Shown here piece by piece: positions 39,268 to 51,989 of a stretch of 64,000 bases of DNA. Made by a program: the position numbers and the translations under genes. Within the stretch, counting starts at the first letter, position 1. Every line of letters begins with the position of its first letter. Source of the stretch: Calcarisporiella thermophila CBS 279.70 (taxonomy: Eukaryota > Fungi > Calcarisporiellomycota). Under the pieces are notes generated by a model. That model was given only the letters and a program-made list of their open reading frames with translations. It made no database searches and was not told the DNA's origin. The stretch covers positions 1,189,443-1,253,442 of the forward strand of contig NW_027192191.1 in the NCBI RefSeq assembly GCF_041956535.1. Direction: 5' to 3'.

Positions 39268-40254
39268 TTATTGGACAGTTGATTTAATGTCGCGGATGTT
39301 ATTAATCTCTTTTCGACTTTCATGGTTGTCAATAGTGTCCGCTTCATCTGGTTTTTGCCCGAGCAAATCTTCCATGGAGTCTGCATGAGGTTTGTCAATT
39401 GGAGCAAGAGGGTGCTCGGCAGCAGCTGTTATTAAAGATTCTCGTTTGTACACTATATCGTTTACTGCAAATCGAGTGCAGTCATTACCACGATAAACCG
39501 AGGAAGAAAGTACTCCAGCTTTGCTAGGTTGCTGAATTGAGGTATTAGAAGAATATGGTATATTGTGATCAATAGATGACGGGGAAGAGGTTGTGGGAGG
39601 CAAAATATAGAACGGAGAGATCGAGCGTTCTGAGGTGTAAGTTGGAAAAATATTTGGAGAGTAAGTTGGGTATTGTGAGGTATTGTGTTGAGGAGAGGGC
39701 ATAACAGGCTGCTTGTGTTCAGGAAATTGCGCAATATTCTCGGTATAAGGAGTGTGTGTGTGCAAAAGTAAATTTTCTCCAGGTCCTTGTTCAGTCATTG
39801 GATTATCAAAATTACCAACATCTAATCCATAATTATGCTTATAATTTCCTGCATGTAGATGTGGGCTTCCTTGTGTAATGATTGTATCCATAGGTTTGTC
39901 GAAATTACCGACATCGAGCTCGTTGACAGGCTTATACTTTTCTGCATGTAAGTGAAGCATTTTTTGGTCAGAAGAATCATACCTAGTTGTGGGGGAGCAA
40001 TGGGGAAGGGGATGGGGAGAATAATGTGGAGACGGTGGTGCTGGAGGTGATATTGGCAGCGAATTATAACTAGATATAGTCATTTCAATTGGATTTATGG
40101 TCGTCATCTCTTGACCAAAGCCGTTTGGAATATCTGCTTGAGCTTGCTTATTCTCTCCATTTTTTCTTATACAACATCTGAGTATACAAATGATAATAGC
40201 TACCAGAATTAGAGCAGCAACTACGGCGACGATAGGAATAACGAGCGATACCAT
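39268..40254 (-). CDS. Orphan single-pass membrane protein (N-terminal TM, juxtamembrane Cys cluster, Pro/Ser-rich tail)
   Basis: Long intronless ORF. ATG at 40254 gives MVSLVIPIVAVVAALILVAIIICILRCCIRK. Contains an internal 31-aa tandem repeat. Confidence 0.7.
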   Translation of the reverse strand: MVSLVIPIVAVVAALILVAIIICILRCCIRKNGENKQAQADIPNGFGQEMTTINPIEMTISSYNSLPISPPAPPSPHYSPHPLPHCSPTTRYDSSDQKMLHLHAEKYKPVNELDVGNFDKPMDTIITQGSPHLHAGNYKHNYGLDVGNFDNPMTEQGPGENLLLHTHTPYTENIAQFPEHKQPVMPSPQHNTSQYPTYSPNIFPTYTSERSISPFYILPPTTSSPSSIDHNIPYSSNTSIQQPSKAGVLSSSVYRGNDCTRFAVNDIVYKRESLITAAAEHPLAPIDKPHADSMEDLLGQKPDEADTIDNHESRKEINNIRDIKSTVQ

Positions 40255-40881
40255 GAGAAAGATTGCGAGATCTATTAAATTAAAGAGAATGAAGTTATTT
40301 ATGATGCACAGCCGCAACCAAAACTTAAACTGGAAATATATAGGAGTTTCGATAGGGCTGAGCCACAATTTTGCACCTTCGCAAAAATATAGAAACTACT
40401 ATAATTAGTTATAATACTATCTCAATATTATTCAAATGAGCCTAGTTTAGAGATTCCAACAATATTATTATCTCCTTCTAATAGCAGTGTTATAGACATC
40501 TCAATGTCATGTTGTCAAGTTACATAGTTTGTCATAGCACTAAATATATGAATTGAATATATAACACTTAATATTTCTTGTATTTTGACAAAATAGTGGA
40601 AATGCAGTGCTAGCTTTTGGAATTGGAGGGTGTTTAAACTTCAGAGCCATTCAAGAGAATTATTAATCGTTCTAAGTACAAATACATAATTGAATGGTAT
40701 AGCCTGATTGCAGCATCAACAATTAGCAAATTCAACGGGTGTATTAAATCTATCTTTCAGTTTTGTTGGGAGTATGTTGGATATACTATGCCAGAATAAC
40801 TAACCCGAGTTATTTGGCGCACACTCTCCAATAAAGAAAAATTTATTTCTTCTAATAATTTTTATATCAAATATACATGAT

Positions 40882-41510
40882 TCAATACTTAATAGGAAAA
40901 GTCGCGATTGCATCAACACATGCAATGGGTCGTTTATCTGTTGTGAATGCACGAATGTTTACCGTATACTTACCCTAGAAACATGCAAGAAGGAGTGAAC
41001 GAATAATTGAATTCACTGTTGAAATGGTGAATTGTATTTTTAACTTACCGGCGGAATTTCCTTTGGTAGTGTCTCTGTATGTTCAACCTGTAGTTCACCG
41101 CGCTGTAGCGGGCATTGATATCCAATTTTTTCCGCCTCCTCACACAAATCCATTTGTTGCTGAAGTAGTTTAATTAACCCGTATTTTACAACTAGATCTA
41201 CATAAGCTCCTTCCTTAATGTTTTCTGTTAAATTGCCTTTTCCAAGTATTGTTAAAGGTTTTCCTCTTTCAGGTGGGTTGGGGCTGAATTTGATGTAGTC
41301 AATTCTAAAAAAAAATTATTAAGCATAATTACTATAGATACAGTACAGTATTCATGTTTACTGGGCAATGTAGTCGTCTTTGCCGCAATCATTGATAACA
41401 GCAATATTTCCGCCTAGTTTTTCACCAATTTCGAAGGCATTTGCCTTTAGAACTAATGCCAATAATGTTAAGACTAAAATATTTATCATGATACAGTGAT
41501 GCAACCCCAT
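40882..41510 (-). CDS. NPC2: ML-domain lipid transfer protein (NPC2 / PG-PI transfer protein)
   Basis: Not in the ORF track. Signal peptide, then DCG..IKFSPNPPERGKPLTI.GKG..IKEGAYVDLVVKYGLIKLL...DLCEE...CPL..LPKEIPP|GKYTV..AFT.DKRPIAC. ATG at 41510 or 41489. Confidence 0.93.
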
Positions 41511-41733
41511 TTATAAAATATTTAAAAATTGTAAATGTAAGTAATTGGGGAATGTAGGCGCTTTTAATATACCCTTTCCTTTTACTTAAAGATGGCGCAG
41601 AAAATCTCCCTGTTTCAGAAGGAATGTATATATTTAAAAAAAATTTACCGATTAGAGTACAAAAATCAAGAAAACTAGTCGAAAAAATCAGAAACTAAAT
41701 AGTATATACAAATAAAAAATATTAAAATGCTTA

Positions 41734-42330
41734 TTAGAAATCATATTCTTCATCTGATTTGATAATATTATCAAGTGATGGTGCCAATTCAGGACAGTAG
41801 GGAGGATCATCATACGGGAAGAGGTGGCAATTAGATAAATCAGCTTCGAATTTATAAATAGATGATGAAAAGTCGGCTTGATCGCAACTATTGTCGTCTA
41901 AGTCATCGCTGTTGGGATATGACTGTACGGATCGATCTGTATAGCAGCTCTCACCTAAAAAGCATTCTGGTAATTTGGGAGAGTGTTTTACTGTCTTAGA
42001 ACGCCCGTATACGAAGTCAAGTGGATCCATTCTGAACGAGTCCTTCATGCTCACATCAATTCCGTGTGAAGGCCTAGAGTTTTGTTTTCTAGAAGGAATT
42101 TCAGAAATGTTACCAACTGTTTCGACTGCATCACTACATGATTGACAAACAACAAAACCCCCATTTTCTCTTGTCTCTACCCACAGAGCCAGAGAAGAGG
42201 GAAAAATCACACTACAGATCATACAGAAAAAGACCTCCTCCTCCGAAGAAGTGGTGGTCTTACCATTTTCAACAACGAATTCAACATTATTGTCATGATC
42301 ACGTAGAGATTCACGTAGTGAGCCTGGCAT
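41734..42330 (-). CDS. Hypothetical protein with a CxxC..CxxC putative zinc finger
   Basis: Intronless ORF of about 198 aa from the ATG at 42330. CMIC...CQSC motif and an acidic C-terminus. No family recognised. Confidence 0.55.
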   Translation of the reverse strand: MPGSLRESLRDHDNNVEFVVENGKTTTSSEEEVFFCMICSVIFPSSLALWVETRENGGFVVCQSCSDAVETVGNISEIPSRKQNSRPSHGIDVSMKDSFRMDPLDFVYGRSKTVKHSPKLPECFLGESCYTDRSVQSYPNSDDLDDNSCDQADFSSSIYKFEADLSNCHLFPYDDPPYCPELAPSLDNIIKSDEEYDF

Positions 42331-42635
42331 GATTGCTATAATAATACGAATTGAATAAAAAAAGGTGAAAAATGATTTTGAAAACAAACTTGGCAGAATA
42401 AAATTTTTATTTCCAACCACACCAATCATGTGGAATCGTTATTGACTAACAGTCGTCTAATAGAAATTTCAGAATTCGGATGAAAATGAAAGTTGATGAA
42501 AAGAAACTATTCAATATTATCAAAACAAGACAAAGCAGAGCATACAGGTTAAAAATGCATAAAAACAATAGGTAGAAGAAATGAGAAAAATAAAGTCAAC
42601 AAAAAATGCCAAGCGAACTATATATAATTATAACC

Positions 42636-44038
42636 TCAAGGATGTACACTAATTCGCCTTTCATATGCAGCATCTTCTTCTTCAGGATTAGCCTCATTGT
42701 TTTGAGTATTATCAATGAGTTGCTCTAGCACCCTAGAGGAAGATCCTGGCATAGGTTGATTGTCTTGTGGTTTGCTCTCGGACAAATTGTGATCGATTGT
42801 TGAAGAATATGATGGAGGTGGTGGAAGAAACTCAGCCAGGGAAATATCTATTTGGGCATCTGACGGTAACATTGATAAAACACCTTGCGAGAAGGAATTT
42901 CGTGCAGCTACTGCGGTAGGAGTGGTGCTCGTATCAGCCTGAGGTTCGTTTGGGCGATCTCCCGAATCAAGTAATATGGAGTCAATGTCAACACCATACG
43001 CAGGCGGTGGGGCGAGCGTACCCTCTTGAGGTGCTAATCCCCACTTTTTAATGTTTGCCTCGATATATACGAATCCAGCTTGGCCGAAATTAACATGAAC
43101 TACACATGGGCCATCTGAACCAATTGTGGGGAAAAGATTGTACCGTACACCTGTGATGCCATCTTCGAGCTTTTTCCCATTTCGTGTGAAAAAAATCGTA
43201 CCCGTACGCGGCCTGTAGCCTACTCCCACTACGTCACCCTGGTAGAAAGGGGGCCCGCATACTCGACCGCGAAAAGGTGAGTTAATATGTTTTTCACCTG
43301 TATCAGAAAAATAGGCGATTGAATGTCTATTCCAGCCTAAAAAATCAAAGTGTAAGAAAGTCTAATGGGCAATCAGGTTGATCTTAATTATGTTTAATAC
43401 CTGGGAGTCGCCAAGGTGGATACGGTTTAGTGGCAAATCCGACAGCGACAGTGCTCTCTAGAGGTAATTCCATCATTTTCGCTTCCCAGTAGTATACTTC
43501 TTGCATTTTAGGGACTGGAAGATTTGTCTGTACACAGCATTCACCATCGTAAAAAGATATTTCCGTACGAGAAACAACGTACACATTAGTAGAGATGTCT
43601 GGAGTAAATTCCCAAGCTGTAACGCCTTTTTCTTGGATACAAATCTGCTGCGAAGGTGTAATATCCGTGGGTATGCTTTCTGGTGGATATGCATCTTGCC
43701 ATGCTATATTGATTCGAAATATGAGAAAGTGAATTAATAAAAAAAAAGATAAAATACCCACCGCGAGCTCTTTCATAGTTTGCCCGTGCATGCTCCGTCA
43801 AATTAAGTACATCTTCTGGATCATCTCGGTAATCGAGTTCTGATTCTAGATCATCCGGAAGTATATCAGTTCTCAATCTGTGATCACTCCAACATCGTAG
43901 AAGTAATAAAAATAGAAAACAGCCGCAAGCTGCGCAGAGCAATAGTGCAATTGATAATGCAACATAAGCAATCCATGAAGTGTCCTGAGTTATAAAGACA
44001 CGATCTGTGGCTGTTTCGTTTCCAACTGCTATCACCAT
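42636..44038 (-). CDS. SSH4: Ssh4/Ear1-family SPRY-domain Rsp5 adaptor
   Basis: N-terminal TM, IQEKGVTAWEF, VQTNLPVP, YYWEAKM, ATKPYPPWRLPG|WNRHSIAY, GVGYRPRTGTIFFTRNGKKL, NFGQAGFVYIEANIKKWGLAP, and PPAY/PPSY motifs. Confidence 0.93.
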
Positions 44039-44608
44039 CGTACGAGACAGGATGGATCGTTGAAAAGTAGGATAAAAAATACAAATATAACTAAAGTACA
44101 AACAGAATATGTTTTTAATCAAAAGAATTGATGAATTTTAGATGGTGTTCACATTTAAAAAAGGTGATGATAAGGTCATGCTAATCTTTTTTGAATTTGT
44201 CGATTAAAAAAGTCGCCTTCCATATTTTAGATTATCCACCCTGAGATATTTAATTAGATATTTTAAAGCTACTTTACTTTTTATCGTAACTTTTAAGAAA
44301 TAGTGCAAGTGAATTTATCTTTTTTAAATACGCAGTTAGCTATCTTCGACATACTTTTAAACATTTTTCAAATATAATTATCTAAATCTATATTTACATT
44401 TCACTTATAATCTTAATGATTAGTAACAAACTATTCATATTGCAAAACCCGCCAGTGTGAATATGACACGATATTACAATTCGGGTACTATATGCCAAAT
44501 TCACACATAAAAGTGTTCGAATAGAAAATATTAAGTTTATATCTTTCTTAAGTAAATGGAGTTAAATAATTTTATCTTTACTCTGATTCTTACTGCTACT
44601 CCCTAGAA

Positions 44609-45245
44609 ATGCTTTCAGAAACGGAGACCAGGATTCAAGAAAAAGAAGAGAAAGATATTCTCCTATTAGATCAATTCTCGATGGAGAACTTATGCTCTGC
44701 CTGGGTCAATTATAAAGGTTAAATATTTTACATAATTATCTCCTGAGATTTGATTCAAATTAATTATGATATTGTTTTTTAGGAGCATGGATTACTATCA
44801 TTTTACTCATATTAGGATTAAGGGCCTTTTTTGGCATTATTCCTAGAATATCTTCAGAAATTGGTTGGACTTTAACCAATCTTACTTTTAATGTTGGTAG
44901 CTTTATAATGTTCCACGTTGTCCGGGGAATCCCATTTGACAGCAATCAAGGCGCATATGATGAGCTAACATTATGGGAGCAAATAGATAACATGCAAGAG
45001 TATACACCCAGTAAAAAGTTCTTCATGCTAGTCCATGTGTGTCTGTTAGTATTGCTCTGAATACAACTAATACTTTTTACAGTATTAACATATTTGCTCA
45101 TAATAGATTTTTCCTTAGCACTCATTATACACACTACGATATATTTACATTTTTATTTAATTTTGGTGTTCTTCTTGTTGTGCTTATTGTGAAACTTCCA
45201 GAGCATCACCGAATATTTGTCAAAAGTTACCTAACGATTTCTTGA
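44609..45245 (+). CDS. ORM1: ORM1/ORMDL sphingolipid regulator
   Basis: WVNYKG|AW, WTLTNL, MFHVVRGIPFDSNQGAYDELTLWEQID..YTPSKKF and FLSTHYTHYD. Confidence 0.93.
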
Positions 45246-45490
45246 GCCAGCAGTTTTAAACACGCTATATTTTTCTTTCATATTTATATATTTGTATTGA
45301 TATTCTCAATTGTGTAATCTCTATTGTTATTACTATGTACATTCTAAATGTATATTGAAATACCATATTATTGTTCCTTTCTCTTCATCACTAACAGACT
45401 CCCTGTCGAATCAGAGAATTTTAAGTGAGAAAGATTATCAGAGAAATCTAAAAGACGTGATATTTTATTAAAGATATTGTATACAAGCAT

Positions 45491-45756
45491 TTATTCCTGC
45501 GCATAGCGATCCTTGATTTCTTTCCATTGCTTGCCCTTGTTCCAATCGTCCCAAATGCGGTCAGTGACCTTATTAAAGCCGTACTCGAATAAGAACTAGA
45601 TAATAAAAATGATTATCGAGTTAAATTTAAAAAATTGAACATAAAAAATCTTACGGCAGAAACAAAAATTCCGGTCACAAATACAGAATTTCTCTTGAGG
45701 AAACTCCTGTAAATAGTCCGTGAAATGCCCGAGTTAGAGGAAGGTGCAGATGGCAT
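45491..45756 (-). CDS. QCR9: Cytochrome bc1 complex subunit 9
   Basis: IYRSFLKRNSVFVTGIFVSA|FLFEYGFNKVTDRIWDDWNKGKQWKEIKDRY. One intron. Confidence 0.95.
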
Positions 45757-46128
45757 CGTTGAATTGCTCTTCAATGTTTAGATTTCTAGATTGAGAGTAA
45801 GAACCCCAGTCCGAACAAATTGGATTATATATTTTGTGACATCATTATTTGATTTTTGACTCTGTCTGAAATGTTAAAAAGCCACATCGCAGGAGCACTA
45901 AAGTTGATTATTATATTCATCTTCTAAACATTACTTCAGCTTCTATATTTGAACATATTGCCTTAGATATATAAAATTCTATTTGCCCCACTTTTAAACA
46001 ATTTATCAAAACGGTGTTAAATAAACATTGGTATGTTCTATAGATGCAAAAAGTATTTAGGGCTTATAGAAGGGTATAAATATACAAAACAAAATCTGTT
46101 TATTGTGAAAGAAATAAGACATATCAAA

Positions 46129-46881
46129 TTAGATAAATCCAATCTATAATAAAAATAAAAATAACTAGAGTTAACAACGCAATTAACCAGCTTTGAAATT
46201 TAAACTTGCTTTAGATTTACAATACCTTATTGGCAACATCGAGAGCATCTACATCAGCAGTCAGACGTACAAAAGCCTTCTTAGTTCCATCAGGTCTAAA
46301 TAAATAAAATCGTAAATTTCAACAGAAAAGACGCAGTTGGATTATAATGTTTACCGGATGAGCGTGTTAATCTTCTGAGCATCTACATCGTACAACTTTT
46401 TCACAGCATCTTTGATCTGTCTCTTATTTGCCCGCACATCCACAATAAATACAAGTGTGTTATGCTCCTCAATCTTTTTCATTGCAGTTTCAGTATTAAG
46501 TGGAAAGCGAACAAGCTTATATTGATCGAGGCGAGGAGCGTGGGGAAACGACTTTCGTGGATACTTAGGTTCACGGGGTAGCCGTAGAGTTTTGGGACGG
46601 TGAAAAGTAGTACTGGTGCGAATCTTGCGTACTAATTTACCCTGAGCACCACGTAGGGCAGCCTTTTTAGCGGTTTGAGCTTTTAGCCGTTCATTAGTAG
46701 TTTTACCTTGAAAAAAAGGAATAGTCAGATAGAGTAATGGCATGATTCACATATCGAATCCATATTGGTATATTCATCCATCCATAAATCAGCTATTACA
46801 TTCATCCATCTACCCATTCATCCAGCTGAAACTGGCGTGAACCTATATACATTGCTGTTCCTTACCCTTTGTCATAGCCAT
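46129..46881 (-). CDS. RPL25: 60S ribosomal protein uL23 (L25/L23a)
   Basis: [43 protein letters not shown] and INTLIR|[23 protein letters not shown]|IGFI*. Confidence 0.98.
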
Positions 46882-47026
46882 ATTTTCCACGATATCTTAA
46901 AAGGAGAGGTATTCTCCGTGTTGGAAAAGTGACTTCAGAGAAAATGGACCTACGTCATTGGATTACATCAATTAGTGGCAAATTTTAGTATAATAGCTGC
47001 CCTTTAATATACCATTCATAAGTAAT

Positions 47027-49314
47027 ATGGATCCCGGAACTTCAGATCTACATCTCCGCGATCTCTCGAAGCGAGACCATTTAATAGCGGATGATGAGAA
47101 AGAAGAACTCGGACTGTCACGAAGTGGTGCGGTGTTATCATTATCAGAGCCATCGGGATTTAAAGAACTTGCTCCAAAGGATTACTGGAATTTTGCCCTG
47201 TTAGTTTTACTATGTAAAGAATATATTTCCAAATGCTTAGCAAGACATTTTTTACTAGCCCTTAAATTTTTCATTTTTTAGACTTATTACAAGGAATCCC
47301 AATTGGCCTTACATTAGGATCTCTCCCATTTCTACTTAAGCAGCGAACATCCTACTCTGATGTAGCAATATTTTCACTCTCTTCTTGGCCCTATTCCCTC
47401 AAATTACTTTGGGCACCTATTGTTGATTCGGTCTACTCTCCTAAATTTGGTCGCCGTAAGAGCTGGATTGTACCCACTCAACTTTTTACTGGCAGTATGT
47501 TCTTTTGGTTAGGTTGGCACATAGATGGGTTTTTATCACAGGTGAGCCATGTTTCCTTGTTAACTGTTAACGAGTAGCTTGATTTTTTTATTTAATACTA
47601 GCCCGAGGTTAATGTCTATTTCTTGACTGGAGTATTTTTTTCTTTAATATTCCTTTCCGCAACTCAAGGTAAGTTTACTTCATATTTATCTCTACATTGC
47701 GTCTAATAATTTTTTTTCTTTAATTTCTTTAAATAAAGATATTGCGGTAGATGGTAGTCTATTTCTGTTTTTTTTTGAAATATGATAAAGAAAAAAAAAT
47801 ATTAATGTAATTTATTAACGAAAAATAGGTTGGGCATTGACTTTGCTTAGCAAACAAAGTCTTTCTTACGCGTCAACTGCGCAAACAATTGGCATAAACT
47901 CTGGGTTTTTTCTCTCGTTTACTGTATTCCTGGCCTTAAATTCTTCCGAATTCAGGTATAATATAGTATATATGATTTTTTTTCTTCATCTCTAATTAGT
48001 TTGTTTATTATATTCTAGCAACAAGTATTTCAGGACTTTTCCGCAAGCTTATGGTATTTTATCGTTAGGGAACTATTTATTATTCTGGGCCGTTCTGTAT
48101 TTCTCTATTACATTCATCCTCATCTTTATGAAGAAAGAAGTAAATCATATTCAAATTTTCATACTAAGCTTTGTGGGTATATAATTGTCTATTTTTGAAA
48201 ACATAGGAGCGGCACCACAGTACCGAGGATGATATGGGTATTTCTGGTGTATACACAACAATTATTGGTGTTATAAAAATGCCCCGCAAGTATCATTAAC
48301 TTTTCGATTTTGCTATATTTTTTCTAACGATTTATTGCTATTTTAGACATTCAAACCTTTATATGTATCCTCCTGTTAGCGAAAATAGGCTTCATTTGCA
48401 ATGAGGCAGTGACTGGCTTAAAACTTTTGGAGCTTGGATTCAAGAAAGAAGACCTTGCACTCGCCGTCTTAATAGATTTTCCGTTCCAAATAATTTTCGG
48501 CTATTATTCTGCAAGATGGAGCCAAGGGCCACGACCTCTTCTGCCTGTAAAAATATGACACATATTAATTTATACTCCACGACTCAACATAAATATTTAT
48601 ATATAGTGGCTATTCGCATTTTACGGCAGGCTTGCCTTTGCTATTATTGGAATGCTTGTTGTTCGCGCATTTCCATCGAATGGAAAAGTCTCGCTTCCCT
48701 ACTTCTGTTTGGTCATCATCAGTATGGTTCTCTCTAATTTCACTAGCACCGTGCAACTCGTGAGCATTTCTGCGTTCATGACAGGAATAGCTGATCCAAT
48801 CATAGGAGGTACTTACATGACGGTAAGCTGAAACTAATACTATAGTTCAAAATCTGCTCAATCTGATGAATCAACATACAATAGCTTTTGCAAACATTTA
48901 ATAATTTCGGCGGTACCTGGCCCAAATTTTTCGTGCTGAAGGCTGTCGATTACTTTTCGGTGGCACAGTGTACAGTTCCTGATGAAAGCGGCAATTGTGA
49001 ATTCCCTTTTCATGATATTCCTCAATTATCACTAATATTCTAATTTTGTGATTTTTTAGTTTTTTCATGTGTTAGTGAACATGGCAAAAATCAGTGCAAA
49101 TCCCTTGAAGGTAAATGTAACCTTGAACAAGATGGATATTACTACGTGGGAATTCTGTGCATTGTGTTGGGTTTTGCTCTACTCAACTTCTACATCAAAC
49201 CCAAGATCCGACAGCTGGAAAGTAAGTCAATTTATTTCTCGTGCTAAATTCACTATTAAACTTCTCCTCTCTCTAGAACTGCCCAAGAGCGTATGGAAGC
49301 TGAGCCGAAAATAA
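47027..49314 (+). CDS. ER acetyl-CoA transporter (SLC33A1/ACATN family)
   Basis: LLVLLYLLQGIPIGL, FSLSSWPYSLKLLWAPIVDS, FGRRKSWIVP, SATQ|DIAVD|GWALTLL, ADPIIGGTYMT|LL..FNNFGGTWPK and DGYY. About 11 exons, one intron GC-AG (48286-48346). Confidence 0.93.
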
Positions 49315-50028
49315 TAGACACATGTACCATATATGTACATCAGATTTATCACCTTTTTGTTTTACATTTATTAGAATTATGTTGTCTTTATTTTGATATC
49401 AATATCATACATTTTTAAAACAATATCAACGATAAAAATTTCAGTGATAAAAGAAGCATGGGAACATGGAATCCGAAAATTGATACCTATTTGTCTGTGA
49501 AGCTGAAGGAGGACTTGCTTGTAAACTTATTCTCTTTATAGCGTTTGAGTCATAAAAACTGCACTAATTTTGTTTTTTCGCCTTCTTCGTGGATAAGTCC
49601 TCCTTATCCTCCCATACTGCCACTATAATGTATAATACTAATAGAATATTTGCAACAATTATTGCACTGATCGCAGCATATGTAGAATTTCCTTTCAAGC
49701 ATAAATAAACCTCATTAGAAAAAAATCGTACGGATCAACCCCAAATAAATTACCACTAAAAACGCTTTGGAGAGTATAATAATAAGTCAATAGGGGACCA
49801 AATATAATAGCGAGGGTGAAGCTGATTAGTTTTAGTATAACATTCCTTTATAATAAAATAAATATTAATTTGTGTGGATATATTGAGATCGTAAGAGTAC
49901 ACACTTGGGCACGATTGTTCGGGCCGCTCCGATCGTGTCGGATGAAGATTTTTCGCGTTCTAACATTTTAGTATCTCTGAGTTAGGTATTAACTTCTTCC
50001 TATATATCTAATAAGAGACGTCACCCGA

Positions 50029-50036
50029 CAGTCACA
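50029..50036 (+). promoter_or_regulatory. HomolD-like box CAGTCACA, with an adjacent GACGTCAC, upstream of ARI1
   Basis: Exact CAGTCACA about 90 bp upstream of the ATG at 50123. The GTCAC core recurs upstream of several genes in this window. Confidence 0.45.
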
Positions 50037-50122
50037 AGAAAGGCAAGAAAAAGGGGTACCAACTTTTATTATTTAGCTGCTTTTTCAACTTTCCTCTCTC
50101 TATTTTTATTCTCTACAATAAT

Positions 50123-51989
50123 ATGTCAGATACAGAATCTTTTGATGCTTACATTGATGATATGGATGAGGATGATCAGGAGTTTTTCGAAGACGATTCG
50201 ATGAATGAATCAGGTGTGTTAATGCTAAATAATTAATGAATTCTTAAAATTAAAGGATTATCAGTTTACTAAATCTCATTTTCTTTATATTTTCTTTGGA
50301 CAATGTGAAGACGATGGGTTTCTAGACGATGATCAAGATTTAGGCTTTTCTGCTATTGTCTCAGAGAAAGATCGGAAAAAATCTTACGAAGTAGATTTTA
50401 CTGTGTGGTCGGTTGAAGATATCGTTCGTAATCAGGAGAAAGAGATCACAGATGTGTCGAATATTCTGGGACTCGAGCGACAACATTCTGCAACACTTCT
50501 CCGCTATTTTCGTTGGAGCAAGGAGAGATTAATTGAGAAATTTGTTGATAACCCAGAAAATGTCGTACAGCGTGCTGGCGTTGTACTTGATGAAACACGT
50601 GCGCCTCGCTTCATCCGCGTACCCAATTTTATGTGCGAAATATGTTGCGATGACGACGAGTCTATGGAAACTTTGGCCCTCTCTTGTAATCATCGATTTT
50701 GCCGAGGGTGTTACGAACATTATCTTACACAGAAAATCAAAGAAGAGGGCGAGAGCAGGCGAATAGAATGCCCGGCTGCTGATTGTAATCTTATTATTGA
50801 TGAAAAAACAGTTCAGATGGTGGTCACGCCTGAAGTGCATCAAAGGTTGGTCCACTAAATGATACAATAATACTACTGTTTATAGGCATAGTATGATTCA
50901 CCTCCACTAATTTGATAAAACAGATACCGCGACCTGCTAAATCGGACATTTGTAGATGATAATGATTTTCTTCGATGGTGCCCTGCTCCTGGGTGTGAAT
51001 ATGCTGTTGAGTGTCATGTTCCTTCAACTTCTTTAGCAACAATTGTAAGTTACCTTTAACCCCTAATCAAGATGCAGTAAGCTGAATAGCTCGATACTAA
51101 CCATTGAATATATCTAAGGTTCCCACTGTGAAATGCAACTGCGGTCAACGATTCTGTTTTGGATGCGGCCTTGACGATCATCAACCAGCAATCTGCCCTA
51201 TTGTTAAACGGTGGTTGCAGAAATGCGCCGATGACTCCGAAACAGCTAACTGGATTTCAGCTAATACCAAAGAATGCCCTAAATGCCATAGTACAATAGA
51301 AAAGAACGGTGGATGTAATCACATGACATGCAGAAAGTGCAAGTATGAATGGTGCTGGGTATGCATGGGCCCATGGACAGAGCATGGCACTAATTGGTAT
51401 AACTGGTAAGCTATATTCAATTGATATATATACTCAACAAAAGTTTCTCAGTTTTTTTCAATTATTAAGCAACCGGTTTGACGAGAAAAACAGTACCGAA
51501 GCACGTGATGCGCAAACCAGATCGCGTGCCTCTTTAGAGCGATATCTGCATTATTATAACCGTTATGCCAATCATGAACAGAGCGCGAAACTTGATCAAG
51601 ATCTCTATCAGAAGACGGAGCGCAAGATGGAAGAAATGCAACTGACTTCTGATCTCTCGTGGATTGAAGTCCAATTTCTACGTAAAGCAGTTGATGTGCT
51701 GCTTGAAGCACGAATGACTCTCAAATGGACTTATGCCTTTGCATTCTATCTTGCCAAGGATAACATGACAGAACTCTTTGAGGATAATCAACGCGATCTT
51801 GAGCTTGCCACAGAGCAATTGAGTGAACTATTGGAACAGCCGATTGACAGAGAACGGATAATCGAGCTAAAGCAGAGTGTACTTGATAAAGCTACCTATG
51901 TTAGCGCTCGCCGTGAAGTTATGTTAGGGGATACGGCACAAGGTCTAATTGAGAACCGCTGGAAGTTTATAGTCCCAACCGAAAAGTGA
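50123..51989 (+). CDS. ARI1: Ariadne-1/Hel1 RBR E3 ubiquitin ligase
   Basis: Acidic N-terminus, RING1 ([14 protein letters not shown]), IBR ([18 protein letters not shown]), RING2 ([22 protein letters not shown]) and Ariadne domain ([26 protein letters not shown]). Confidence 0.96.

Noticed and set aside
9736-44038. Apparent membrane-trafficking cluster (GOS1, VPS29, UBAP1, SSH4)
   Set aside because: The genes are interspersed with unrelated housekeeping genes over 35 kb, which is consistent with chance.
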